Below are positions 19,501 to 28,690 of a DNA stretch of 64,000 bases, piece by piece (position 1 is the first letter of the stretch; the number at the start of each line of letters is the position of its first letter). The notes under the pieces were generated by a model that worked only from the letters and a program-made list of their open reading frames with translations, did not search any database and was not told the DNA's origin. This stretch comes from Nitrospirota bacterium (GTDB lineage Bacteria; Nitrospirota; UBA9217). The DNA lies in contig CAVUCU010000001.1 of assembly GCA_963740085.1 (NCBI GenBank), forward strand, positions 64,001 to 128,000. Reading direction: 5' to 3'. Made by a program: the position numbers and the translations under genes.

Positions 19501-19977
19501 TTACTTGTTGTGTTTGAAATAGATATAATGGGCAACGGCGCGGACCTTTTCCGTACCAAGTTGTTTCTGGAAGCCGGGCATGCCATTCGGTGTCCCCTCT
19601 GCGATCACGCGAATATGGTCGGCAAGCGTCTTGCCGTAAATGAACTTCGGGCCCGTCAATGAAGGTCCGATGTTGCCTTTGAGGTTCTCGCCGTGGCACA
19701 TGGCACATTCTGATGCGTAGATAGCCGGGCCTTTGTCCGCCTTGGCCTCGGACAGACCGGATGCCACTTCCTTTACTTCGTGCGTAATGACGGCAGCTTT
19801 ATGGGCTTCCATCCGTTGTTCATACTGATCGACCTGTCTCCATCCCGTCGTCAGGGGTGAGAACAGGTACAGATAGACCAGCCCGAAAACAAGCAGCGAC
19901 AGAAAAAGGACCGCCATGCCAAGAGGCATTTTTTTTCCGCCCTCTTCGCGTTCTCTTATGCCGTCATATTCACCCAT
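19501..19977 (-). CDS. ccoP: cbb3-type oxidase subunit III CcoP, short monoheme form
   Basis: N-terminal EYDGIRE, one TM helix, single CAMCH and GMP axial Met. Confidence 0.8.
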   Translation of the reverse strand: MGEYDGIREREEGGKKMPLGMAVLFLSLLVFGLVYLYLFSPLTTGWRQVDQYEQRMEAHKAAVITHEVKEVASGLSEAKADKGPAIYASECAMCHGENLKGNIGPSLTGPKFIYGKTLADHIRVIAEGTPNGMPGFQKQLGTEKVRAVAHYIYFKHNK

Positions 19978-20107
19978 AGTTCAGCTCCTGATGAGTAAAT
20001 GACAAATCCCAAGCAACAACTTTCAAATGATGACCAAATTTTAACAACCGAACCGTTGTGTGCCTTACACCCGGTCATTTGCATTTATTTTGCGGCCTTG
20101 GCGCTTG

Positions 20108-20266
20108 TTACCGTTTGCTTGTTTTTTCATCCTCGTCCAGCATCCGGTACTTCGGAGACTCTACCCTGTCCTTCCGCTTACTACGGAAGAAGTAGATCAT
20201 GATGCCGATCAGGACTACGGTGAGCAGTGTCGTGAAACCGAAGTAGAGCCAGGCTTTGAATTCCAT
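20108..20266 (-). CDS. ccoQ: cbb3-type oxidase small subunit CcoQ (52 aa)
   Basis: Manual translation MEFKAWLYFGFTTLLTVVLIGIMIYFFRSKRKDRVESPKYRMLDEDEKTSKR*; lies between ccoO and ccoP. Confidence 0.85.
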   Translation of the reverse strand: MEFKAWLYFGFTTLLTVVLIGIMIYFFRSKRKDRVESPKYRMLDEDEKTSKR

Positions 20267-20267
20267 C

Positions 20268-20840
20268 TTACGGTCTCAGCTCCTTGCCGAGTCGCAGAAG
20301 ATACGATACGAGTGCATCCATCTCCGTCTTCCCTTTCAATACATCCATGTCTTCGGTTGTATAGGGGAAATCAAGCGTCCTCATCTTCTTTTCGGTATAT
20401 TGTGTATCGAGCTTGTTCTCTGCAAGCCACGCGTAGGCAGGCATGTTTGATTGAGCGTACATGCTTTGAGGATTTTTCAAATGAATAAAGTGCCACACAG
20501 CGGGATATTTCGTGCCTACCCGGGCCAGGTCCGGCCCTGTGCGCTTGGATCCCCACAGGTGTGGCCGGTCTATGGCCGATTCTTCGAGCTTGGAATAATT
20601 CCCATACCGCGCAGTCTCGAAGGGAAGCGGCCGCACCGTCTGAGTATGACAGTTGTTACACCCCTCGCGGATATAAATATCGCGACCTTCGACCTCCATT
20701 GGCTTATAGGGGATCACCTTCTCTATCGATGGTGACGCGCTCCCGACAAACAGCGGAATGAAGGTCGTCAACAGGGTTCCCACAAGAATCGCGAGCGTTG
20801 CAAGAACGATAAAGGTTACTGGCTTTTTATCGACGTCCAT
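20268..20840 (-). CDS. ccoO: cbb3-type oxidase subunit II CcoO
   Basis: GRDIYIREGCNNCHTQTVRP, WGSKRTGPDLAR and SNMPAY motifs. Confidence 0.97.
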   Translation of the reverse strand: MDVDKKPVTFIVLATLAILVGTLLTTFIPLFVGSASPSIEKVIPYKPMEVEGRDIYIREGCNNCHTQTVRPLPFETARYGNYSKLEESAIDRPHLWGSKRTGPDLARVGTKYPAVWHFIHLKNPQSMYAQSNMPAYAWLAENKLDTQYTEKKMRTLDFPYTTEDMDVLKGKTEMDALVSYLLRLGKELRP

Positions 20841-20914
20841 GGACAGCCCCTTGTTGACGGCAAGAAGTTGCGTACCGGGAAAGTTTGAAAGCTGGCGATC
20901 AAGCTCTCACCTTC

Positions 20915-22324
20915 TCATGTTCCCCTATTTAAGCCTTCTGAACTATCGGCGCGTTCCTTGATCGTTTTGTAAATGTTAAAAACAAACACTATAAATCCGG
21001 CAAAAAAGATAACTCCCCCCGCCGTCCTCATGTTCCAAAACGGATAATTGGGCGTCAAGGTCTGAATAAAATTTGGATAAAGCAGACTGCCGTCCTTGTC
21101 CATCGCCTGCCACATGGCACCCTGTCTTATACCGGTTATCCACATCGTCACGGAGTAAATAAGCTGTCCAACAAGCACGAGCCAGAAATGGAGGTTTGCG
21201 AGTTTAACACTGTATACTTCCGTGTTGTATATGCGGGGGATCATATAGTAGAAACCGGCGGAGATCGTCATCGTGACCCATCCCATGGTGCCCATGTGCA
21301 CGTGGCCCGGAACCCAGTCGGTATAGTGGATAAGAGCACTGAAGGAACGGATCGCCTGACTCGGTCCCTGAATGGTCTGGAGGCCGTAGAATGTTATCCC
21401 GAGGATGATGAACTTGACAAGATAGTTCGACCGCATCTGCGCCCACTGGTTGTTCATGGTCCCGTATCCGTTGATCACTGAAGCCCAGGACGGCGCGATC
21501 AGAAAGATACTGAAGGCGATTGCCACGGTCTGGATCCAGTCCGGCAGAGGGGTGTAGATCAGGTGGTGGGCTCCGGTCCAGAGGTAGGCAAAGACCAGGG
21601 CCCAGAACCCGACGATCGAAAGCCGGTGACTGTAGAGCGGTGCCCCCGTTGCCTTGGGAAGGATGTAGTAGAAGATCGCAAGCGGGATCGTGGTGAATAC
21701 GAAAGCAACAGCGTTATGCCCGAACCACCACTGCACGTTCGCATCATTTGCGCCTGCATACACCGAATAGGACTTGAACCACGATACCGGCGCTGCGAGG
21801 TTGTTCCCGATGTAGACAATGGCCACACCCACAACCGTGGCCAGGATGTACCAGAGCGAAACATACATCTGTTCTTCTTTACGTTTCATGATGGTGCCGA
21901 TGATATTGATCGAAAACATCACCCACAGGATGACCACCCCAATGTCAAGCGGCCACTCGAGTTCCGAATACTCCTTGCTTGAGTTCATGCCGGCGAAGAG
22001 AGACAGCGCCGCAAGCACAATGGCGATGTTAAATACATAGAGCGTGACCCGCGCCAGGCCGGGAAAGGCAAGGGATGTCCTTCCAAGCCGCTGAACAAGG
22101 TAGAAAAAAACACTGAATGCCGCCGGGACGGTGAAGCCGTAGATGAGCGCATTCGTATGGAGCGGACGCAGTCTTCCATAGGTGAGCCAGGGCGTGAAAT
22201 TCAGCTGCGGGTAGACAAGCTGGAGAGAAATAAGGATCCCGATGAGGAGTCCAACGATCCCCCAGAAGAGAGAGGATAAGGCAAATCCCTTTACTGCACG
22301 GTAATCATAGGTGTTATCTGCCAT
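20915..22324 (-). CDS. ccoN: cbb3-type oxidase subunit I CcoN
   Basis: GRLRPLHTN, KEYSELEW, QWWFGHNAV, WTGAHHL and HYTDWVPGHVH motifs. Confidence 0.98.
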   Translation of the reverse strand: MADNTYDYRAVKGFALSSLFWGIVGLLIGILISLQLVYPQLNFTPWLTYGRLRPLHTNALIYGFTVPAAFSVFFYLVQRLGRTSLAFPGLARVTLYVFNIAIVLAALSLFAGMNSSKEYSELEWPLDIGVVILWVMFSINIIGTIMKRKEEQMYVSLWYILATVVGVAIVYIGNNLAAPVSWFKSYSVYAGANDANVQWWFGHNAVAFVFTTIPLAIFYYILPKATGAPLYSHRLSIVGFWALVFAYLWTGAHHLIYTPLPDWIQTVAIAFSIFLIAPSWASVINGYGTMNNQWAQMRSNYLVKFIILGITFYGLQTIQGPSQAIRSFSALIHYTDWVPGHVHMGTMGWVTMTISAGFYYMIPRIYNTEVYSVKLANLHFWLVLVGQLIYSVTMWITGIRQGAMWQAMDKDGSLLYPNFIQTLTPNYPFWNMRTAGGVIFFAGFIVFVFNIYKTIKERADSSEGLNRGT

Positions 22325-22366
22325 ATGGTGGTCCCTGTAAGCGGAATTATTGTTCGGGAAAGTGTT

Positions 22367-22774
22367 CTACGCTTTTTGTCTCGCCAGGTCTTCGAAATTT
22401 GTCTTCTTGAGAGTTTCGACTATCTTTGATTGAACGTTGGCCCAAAGAAAATAGGTCGGGCAGTGTTTTGAAAAATTGCACTTTTTCTTGTCGACAAGGC
22501 AAAGATTGATGGCAAGCTTGCCCTCGATCGCAACAAGTACGTCCAGCGCCGTGATCTCCCTCGCCTGTTTGGCGAGCGAAAAACCACCATTCACGCCGCG
22601 ATAGGACCTGACGATCTTCGCCTTCACCAGCTTCTGGAGTATCTTTGCGAGAAAACTCCTCGGTATCTTGTATTCCTCGGAAATCTCGTTTACAAAACTT
22701 ACCTTGTTGAACGGCTGGCGGGCAAGATACAGGACACTTCTAATCCCGTAATCTCCTTCACGTGTTATCTGCAT
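22367..22774 (-). CDS. Rrf2 family regulator with three-Cys Fe-S motif
   Basis: DYGIR, LAKILQKL, SYRGVNGGFSLA and C-x6-C-x5-C; first gene of the cco operon. Confidence 0.92.
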   Translation of the reverse strand: MQITREGDYGIRSVLYLARQPFNKVSFVNEISEEYKIPRSFLAKILQKLVKAKIVRSYRGVNGGFSLAKQAREITALDVLVAIEGKLAINLCLVDKKKCNFSKHCPTYFLWANVQSKIVETLKKTNFEDLARQKA

Positions 22775-22780
22775 GCTTGA

Positions 22781-22808
22781 ACTATATCAAACCCGCTGTT
22801 TTTGTCAA
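22781..22808 (-). promoter_or_regulatory. sigma70-type promoter of rrf2-cco, likely leaderless
   Basis: TTGACA-16bp-TATAGT; ATG lies 6 nt downstream with no SD. Confidence 0.55.
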
Positions 22809-22932
22809 GCCCGATATGATACTTTTTGAGGAAAGATGAAGCTGCACTATCTTAAGGCAATACATCACTGCTTCGTGATATAATGACCGTTAAGGGCTGC
22901 ATGCATATATCTCGCCAGGGAATATCAATTGT

Positions 22933-23487
22933 ATGAAAGAAATACGGCTTCCCATACCCGTCAAGCTTTTCATCGGGATGCTTTCACCAGAGCCGGCGCT
23001 GTTCGCCACATGCACCGACATCGTGTGCAAGGAATACGGCCCCGTCGATTATCAGAGCGAGATCGTTCCATGGACCAATTCTGATTTTTATCGGGAAGAA
23101 ATGGGCCCCGGCATTTTACGAAAGTTTATTTTCTTCGAGCGTGTGATAGACCCGGGCGATCTGTCTGCGATAAAAATCAATACCACCAGGATCGAGAAAA
23201 GTTTTGCCGAGCAGGAAGGGAACCGCACGCGACGCAGGATCAACCTTGACCCCGGATATGTGACCGAAGCCAAGGTCGTGCTTGCAACAACCAAAGACTA
23301 TGCTCACCGTCTTTACATCGGCAAAGGCATCTATGCCGAAGTCACGCTCCGGTACGGCAATAAAGACCGGAGCTTTACGCCCTTCGATCATACCTACCTC
23401 GACTATTGTTCGGAAACGTACAGAACGATGTTCAACAAGACGCGTGAGCTCTTACGAACCGCTCTGCAACGACCGGAGCGGAAATAA
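22933..23487 (+). CDS. DUF4416 family protein
   Basis: YREEMG, RRINLDPGYV, VLATTKDYAHRLYIGKGIYAEVTL motifs. Confidence 0.8.
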   Translation: MKEIRLPIPVKLFIGMLSPEPALFATCTDIVCKEYGPVDYQSEIVPWTNSDFYREEMGPGILRKFIFFERVIDPGDLSAIKINTTRIEKSFAEQEGNRTRRRINLDPGYVTEAKVVLATTKDYAHRLYIGKGIYAEVTLRYGNKDRSFTPFDHTYLDYCSETYRTMFNKTRELLRTALQRPERK

Positions 23488-23615
23488 TCATGAGAAGAGT
23501 GGTGAAAAAGAGAACGGGAACGGGGTAACGTGCCGCAGTTGCTCTTCCCTCTAAGGCATGCGATCCCGATAATCCTGTTTTCCAGGCGTCTGGGCTAAAG
23601 CGTGCGGAGGTAGAT

Positions 23616-24284
23616 CTATTTCACTGCCTCATTGATCGCTGATTTAACCTCCTGATCGATTGAGGTGAACTTGACCCCGTAAAGAAAAACACCGGGCTCC
23701 TCCTCCAATGGGATGACCCTGGTGATCTCGCCATATCCGCTGACGTGCGTGCCGTCGGGAAGAAAGAACGAAATGAAAATTCCGGCTTCTCTCGAAAGCG
23801 GCTCCTCTGTTTTGATGAGCATCCCGCTAGCACTGATGTTTTCAGTCCAAAAAGGAAGTGGCCTGTTCTTGAACTTTCCCTCAATGGCAACAGCGAGTGC
23901 AGCCCTATATTTTTTTCTAGGCGCAATATTGAGAAATTGCCGCACCTTGCTGTTCAGGAGGTCCGTATCAACCGGTGTGGTTATGATCGCGTTGGCACCG
24001 CATTGTTTACAAAGTTCCCTGTTGACGAGGTTGCCCTTGCAAATAATGATGACGGAGACATCCCGCAGATCCTTATTGCTCCTGATGATCCTGAAGAGAT
24101 CCACGTTCTTGATACCGCTCATGTCGAGATGCGTGATGATGAGGTTGGCCTTTACCTCCCTATGGAGACTCAGCAGCTCATCGTTCGTAGCCGCCGTATA
24201 TATCTTCACGCCCGCATTGTTGAGATAGCTGCTTCTCCTCCCGAGGAATTTATTCAGGTCATTCGCTATCAGTATCTTTTTCAT
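23616..24284 (-). CDS. Pseudo-receiver plus PilZ domain protein
   Basis: Degenerate REC N-terminus; PilZ RxxxR (RKKYR) and NISASG motifs. Confidence 0.8.
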   Translation of the reverse strand: MKKILIANDLNKFLGRRSSYLNNAGVKIYTAATNDELLSLHREVKANLIITHLDMSGIKNVDLFRIIRSNKDLRDVSVIIICKGNLVNRELCKQCGANAIITTPVDTDLLNSKVRQFLNIAPRKKYRAALAVAIEGKFKNRPLPFWTENISASGMLIKTEEPLSREAGIFISFFLPDGTHVSGYGEITRVIPLEEEPGVFLYGVKFTSIDQEVKSAINEAVK

Positions 24285-24336
24285 GGTCGGTTCCGCTCTT
24301 TCTCTATAAGAGATTTGGTTGAGATTTCCGAATCGC

Positions 24337-25047
24337 CTACCTGACCTTCTTCACAAAGATCTCTTTTGTAATGTCCTTGTCAACGGCGATCATGGTCTCG
24401 CCAAGCTGGATCACATAGGACGGCCTCTTCTGGTGAAGTTTGACGATACTGCCCGGTACTACTCCCATCGCCGAGAGCCGGTCAAGTCGGGAATGAGAAT
24501 GCGGCGTGATGAACACTATCTTTGCCTGTTCTCCCGGCACGAGATCCGCCAGCGGCGCAACGAGGGGTTTCATCTCCTGCCGGAACATGGCGCAGCATTC
24601 GCCTCGTGGAATGGGCTTGCCGTCCGGAGAGTTCGGCGGATGGCCGAGCAGGGTGCAGACGCTGTCCGTCACCTCGGGGGAAAGAATGTGCTCGAACTTG
24701 CACGCCTCTGCCTCGGCGCCGTCCAGGGCAAAAAGATCGTAGAACATCCGCAGCGAAAGACGGTGTCTCCGGACCAGCTCCCGTGCCCTTTTTTCGCCTT
24801 TGGCCAGAAGCTCCACGGACTGGCCTTTTATTTCGATCCATCCCTCCTTGGCGAGATCTTTAAGGATATCCTCACATCCCTGGATGGTACAATTCTGAAC
24901 GATCTGGTCCACGGATAGATCTCCATCTTCCCGCAGGGTCCAGATGATTTCAAAAAGTTCATCCTCTTTCTCGATCTCCGGCAGCACGCACAGCGCGGGA
25001 TGGCCTGCTTTCCCCTCAATGGTGTCGATTCGCTTATGTTCTGACAT
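24337..25047 (-). CDS. DtxR/IdeR-like metal-dependent regulator with C-terminal FeoA domain
   Basis: RRHRL, AEACKFEH and LGHP..SPDGKPIP motifs; FeoA segment RLSAMGVVPG. Confidence 0.88.
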   Translation of the reverse strand: MSEHKRIDTIEGKAGHPALCVLPEIEKEDELFEIIWTLREDGDLSVDQIVQNCTIQGCEDILKDLAKEGWIEIKGQSVELLAKGEKRARELVRRHRLSLRMFYDLFALDGAEAEACKFEHILSPEVTDSVCTLLGHPPNSPDGKPIPRGECCAMFRQEMKPLVAPLADLVPGEQAKIVFITPHSHSRLDRLSAMGVVPGSIVKLHQKRPSYVIQLGETMIAVDKDITKEIFVKKVR

Positions 25048-25067
25048 TGCTCACCTCCTGATAAATC

Positions 25068-25160
25068 TGATGGATGATGGACGACCGTTCGCTACACTCG
25101 CTTTGACGATAGACGATTGAGTCATTTTCGTCCTTCGTCCCTCGTCCGTCACCCCTCGTC
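25068..25160. repeat. Heptamer-armed palindromic intergenic element (copy 2)
   Basis: TGATGGATGATGGACGACCGTTCGCTACACTCGCTTTGACGATAGACGATT...(CYTCGTC)n, homologous to 340-435. Confidence 0.75.
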
Positions 25161-25172
25161 TTTTCTCTTCCC

Positions 25173-27158
25173 TCATAGTGCCACCTTCAAAGATCGAAGT
25201 ATCCAATTCATCACCCCTCCCACACCAAAAGCAAAGGGGAATATGAATGCCAGCATAAACAACGCGGTCTTCATTCCCCGCTCCTTAACCATCATGAAAA
25301 AGTTCGCTATACAGGGAACGAACAACGTCATCACCGTAAGACTCACCACGATCTGTATCGGATCGAGCAGGCCTTCTTTGGCAAGCATAAAGAGGCCGGC
25401 TGCTCCGTAATCCCGGCGCAGAAAACCGATCACAAAGGCCTCGGCCGCCCTGCTCGGCAGACCAAGGAAATTGACGACGATCGGATCGGTCAACTTTTGG
25501 ATATAAGCCAGCGCCCCTATCTTGTGACCGATGAAAAGGATGAACGTACCCAGGATAAAGAGCGGCACCGCCTCCTTCAAATACCACTGCACACGTGCAG
25601 CGGTCTTGACCAGGATGTTCGCGAGCTGCGGCACACGGATCGGCGGCAATTCGAGAACAAAGTCCGACGGTTCGCCGGGTATGACCTTTGCCGCAAGATA
25701 TCCAACGAGAAGCATGACGGCTATAAGTGTTCCGAGCCAGATGACCGTTGCAAGGGCCGAAAGCCCCGCAACCAGACCAAGGATCACTCCCAGTTGAGCT
25801 GAGCAGGGAACTCCGAGCGCCAGGAGAAGCGTTACCAGTATCCTTTCTTTTTTTGTCTCCAGGATGCGGGTCGTAAGCGTTGCCATGGTATCACACCCCA
25901 GCCCGAGGATCATCGGGAGCACCGCTTTGCCATTCAGGCCCATGATCTTGAAAACCTTGTTCACCATGACCGCCAGTCTTGGCAAATACCCTGAGTCCTC
26001 GAGCAATCCAAAGGCGATGAAAAAGAAACTAACGATCGGCAAAACGATTGCAATGGAATAGGTGAGCGCCATGGTCACCAGGCCATACTCTCCGACAATA
26101 AGCTCCTGCAAAAAAGGTATCGGGAAAATAAAGTCTACGATCTTTATCGCCCACGGGTTCAGGTATTCGCCAAAGACGGTCTTCTCCAGAAAGTTGACAG
26201 CCGTACCGGCGCCGAGAACGCCAACGAACTGATAGACCACATAGAGCACGGCAAGCAGGATCGGCAACCCATAGACCGGATGCATGGACCACTTGCCGAT
26301 GTAGAACGCGATAGTGGAGCCTTTTCCGGCCTCGTGCAGACTCGTCACCTGCGCCAGGATCTCGTCAGCCTTTCTAATTCGTCGCTGGTTGATCAGATAA
26401 CCGAGAGAGTTGTTGAATTTCGACTGCACCCCCTGTCGGATCTTTTCGATATCCGCGATCACGTGGTCCTGAAGGTTCGCATGAAGCCATCCCTTGAGAC
26501 TCTCGTCCCCTGCAAGGACCATGAGTGCGAGCGCCCGACGGGAGATATTCGCTTCCGGCAGCAACGCGGCTATGTCCCTGATCCCGCCTTCGATCGTATC
26601 ATCGTACCGTACCTCGATGCCGGACGGCCGGGGATGTTGAATGCCTTTCAACAGCCTGTCGATGCCGCTCCTCCGGATGGCGACGGTCTTTACCACTTCA
26701 ATGCCGAGGATTGTTGAGAGCGTCTCTTGATTGATGACGATACCGCGGCTCCTGGCCTCATCGTCCATATTGAGGTCGAGGATAAAGGGTACCCCCATCT
26801 CCGCAAGCTGGAGGGTTATCAAAAGACCTCTCCGCAAGTTCTTGGTATCAGCGACCTGGACAATTACATCGGCCCGGTCCGAGAGCAGCATGTCCCGTGT
26901 CACCTTCTCGTCCTCTGACATGGGAACCAGGCTGTTCACGCCGGGAGTGTCTATCACCAGGGCCTTTGTTTTATTCAGGACCGCATTCCCGTAGGTAACC
27001 TCCACGGTGGTGCCCGGATAGTTGGATACGGTGACGTAGGTCCCCGTCAGGAGACCGAAAAGCGCGCTCTTGCCGACATTTGGATTGCCGATCAAGAGGA
27101 CTTTATGTAACGAAGAGTCGCGATAACGATTCTCATCACTTGAACCATGATCGTGCAC
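25173..27158 (-). CDS. feoB: Ferrous iron transporter FeoB
   Basis: GNPNVGKS, NYPGTTVE, DTPG, LEDSGYLPR, LGCD, VPCSA and FVPCIA motifs. Confidence 0.97.
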   Translation of the reverse strand: MHDHGSSDENRYRDSSLHKVLLIGNPNVGKSALFGLLTGTYVTVSNYPGTTVEVTYGNAVLNKTKALVIDTPGVNSLVPMSEDEKVTRDMLLSDRADVIVQVADTKNLRRGLLITLQLAEMGVPFILDLNMDDEARSRGIVINQETLSTILGIEVVKTVAIRRSGIDRLLKGIQHPRPSGIEVRYDDTIEGGIRDIAALLPEANISRRALALMVLAGDESLKGWLHANLQDHVIADIEKIRQGVQSKFNNSLGYLINQRRIRKADEILAQVTSLHEAGKGSTIAFYIGKWSMHPVYGLPILLAVLYVVYQFVGVLGAGTAVNFLEKTVFGEYLNPWAIKIVDFIFPIPFLQELIVGEYGLVTMALTYSIAIVLPIVSFFFIAFGLLEDSGYLPRLAVMVNKVFKIMGLNGKAVLPMILGLGCDTMATLTTRILETKKERILVTLLLALGVPCSAQLGVILGLVAGLSALATVIWLGTLIAVMLLVGYLAAKVIPGEPSDFVLELPPIRVPQLANILVKTAARVQWYLKEAVPLFILGTFILFIGHKIGALAYIQKLTDPIVVNFLGLPSRAAEAFVIGFLRRDYGAAGLFMLAKEGLLDPIQIVVSLTVMTLFVPCIANFFMMVKERGMKTALFMLAFIFPFAFGVGGVMNWILRSLKVAL

Positions 27159-27177
27159 TAAATGAACATCCTCACTT

Positions 27178-27192
27178 TCAAGACCATTTTCA
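27178..27192. promoter_or_regulatory. Secondary Fur-box-like site upstream of feoB
   Basis: Minus strand TGAAAATGGTCTTGA, 12/15 identical to the box at 27723-27737. Confidence 0.45.
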
Positions 27193-27217
27193 GACTCCCT
27201 GCTCTCAATTCCAGCCC

Positions 27218-27275
27218 TTTACTCCTCACGCCTCACTCCTGGCTTCTGGCTCCTGGCTTCTGGCTCCTGACTCCT
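27218..27275. repeat. Heptamer tandem repeat (CTYCTGR-like) overlapping the fur 3' end
   Basis: CTCCTGG CTTCTGG CTCCTGG CTTCTGG CTCCTGA; encodes the Fur tail GVRSQKPGARSQE. Confidence 0.75.
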
Positions 27276-27712
27276 TTTTCCTTCCCCTGGCATATCTCGC
27301 ACAAGCCATACAGCTCCAGCTTATGGTTCTGAACCTTGAAGCGGTTCTCTCTCGCTACGTCCTGCTGGAGCGATTCGATTCGCTCGTTTGCGAACTCAAT
27401 GATGGCGCCGCATTGCGTGCAGATAAGATGATCGTGGTGCGCGTCGGGGGTTGCGTGCTCATAACGGGTAAACCCATCCTCGAACCGCCGCTCCTGGGCA
27501 AGCCCCGCTTCGGCCAGCAGTTTGAGCGTCCGGTACACCGTGGCAAAGCCGATACCGGGGTGCGACTTTCTCACGCGGGCATACAGCTCTTCGGCGCTCA
27601 GGTGCCGGCCGGCTTTGACAAAGATATCCAGGATCTTGTCCCGCTGGCTGGTTGATTTTAACCCCTGATCGACGAGGTATTCGCTCAGATGTTCAATCGG
27701 CTTTTTTTGCAT
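27233..27712 (-). CDS. fur: Ferric uptake regulator Fur
   Basis: HLSAEEL, GFATVYRTL, HHDHLICTQCG and YGLCEIC motifs. Confidence 0.95.
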   Translation of the reverse strand: MQKKPIEHLSEYLVDQGLKSTSQRDKILDIFVKAGRHLSAEELYARVRKSHPGIGFATVYRTLKLLAEAGLAQERRFEDGFTRYEHATPDAHHDHLICTQCGAIIEFANERIESLQQDVARENRFKVQNHKLELYGLCEICQGKEKGVRSQKPGARSQE

Positions 27713-27722
27713 AATATGATTT

Positions 27723-27776
27723 TGATAACCATTTTCAATATGTAGCTTTATACCATGGGGTGAAAGAGCCTGTCAA
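27723..27776 (-). promoter_or_regulatory. fur-feoB promoter with Fur box
   Basis: TTGACA-18bp-TATAAA (27776-27747); 7-1-7 box TGATAAC-C-ATTTTCA at 27723-27737, 12/14 to TGATAATnATTATCA. Confidence 0.75.
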
Positions 27777-27938
27777 CAGGTTTTCAAACAATCGAAAGGA
27801 TTTGTTGACCCTGTTCGTGTTTATTCTGTCTCGCTGCAGAATCCGACTTCCCATGGCCGTCAATTTGTGGTAGACTTAATACAAAATATCGGCAAGGTCA
27901 GAGTATCTGTGGCAAGCATGACAATGAAGGGGGTAGCT

Positions 27939-28600
27939 ATGAAACGGACGTTCTTTGCAGCAGTAATGGTGTTCTTGATCCTGTCCCTGACAGGATGTGG
28001 TCACGATCACAACAATTCAACCCAGATAATTAGCACATCTATCCTCAGTGATCCGGCGTTTGACGGCGATATTGAACAATACCGCGACTACTTCTCTCGA
28101 TTATCACGATAGCTCGGAGGCACACTGCAAAGTGTGTTTGCCGGTATACGATCCTGCTAACAAACACGGAATATCCGTGCATTCCTGGACTTCCCCTTGA
28201 GCTGAGCGTCCCGTTGAATGCAATCATTGATTCGGCGTTCCTCGATATTGTGATCAATAACATTGATCTTCAATCGGCGATCAGGACGATTCCCATTCGT
28301 ATCGACCTTGTTGAAATTCAATCGCCGACATTGACGTCGAGTGATTATGACCGGACTTCCCAGCCGGCGTTGCAACCATCACGATCAACCTCCGATTTCC
28401 CAAGCTGATTATCGGTCACACATGTATCCGTTGATGTGACTTCATTGATGACGGAGGCGCAGAATTTGGGACTGACTGATTTCCAGATTCGAATATTAGA
28501 GGATCTCGGGCCAGTCACCCCCGGGATTATCGAGATCAACGACACCACAGGTGCGTATCGAAGCGATCTTGCACCTCTGTTGCAAGTCAACTATTTCTAA
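27939..28600 (+). pseudogene. Hypothetical lipoprotein, multiply frameshifted as given
   Basis: MKRT...SLTGC lipobox, then ILSDPAFDGDI; downstream frames give EYRAFLDFPL-like, NAIIDSAFLDI, and DFQIRILED...APLLQVNYF* at 28600. Confidence 0.6.
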
Positions 28601-28690
28601 GACGTGTTATCCTTATCGGGAACAGACAGATTTTATGGATAAGAGCGATCAGCGAATATATTCCTTTTTGTTTCCGTTTCTGCCTGAATT

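Noticed and set aside
22833-22853. NsrR/IscR operator AAGAT-N11-ATCTT
   Set aside because: Only 5-bp arms, non-canonical spacing, and upstream of the -35.
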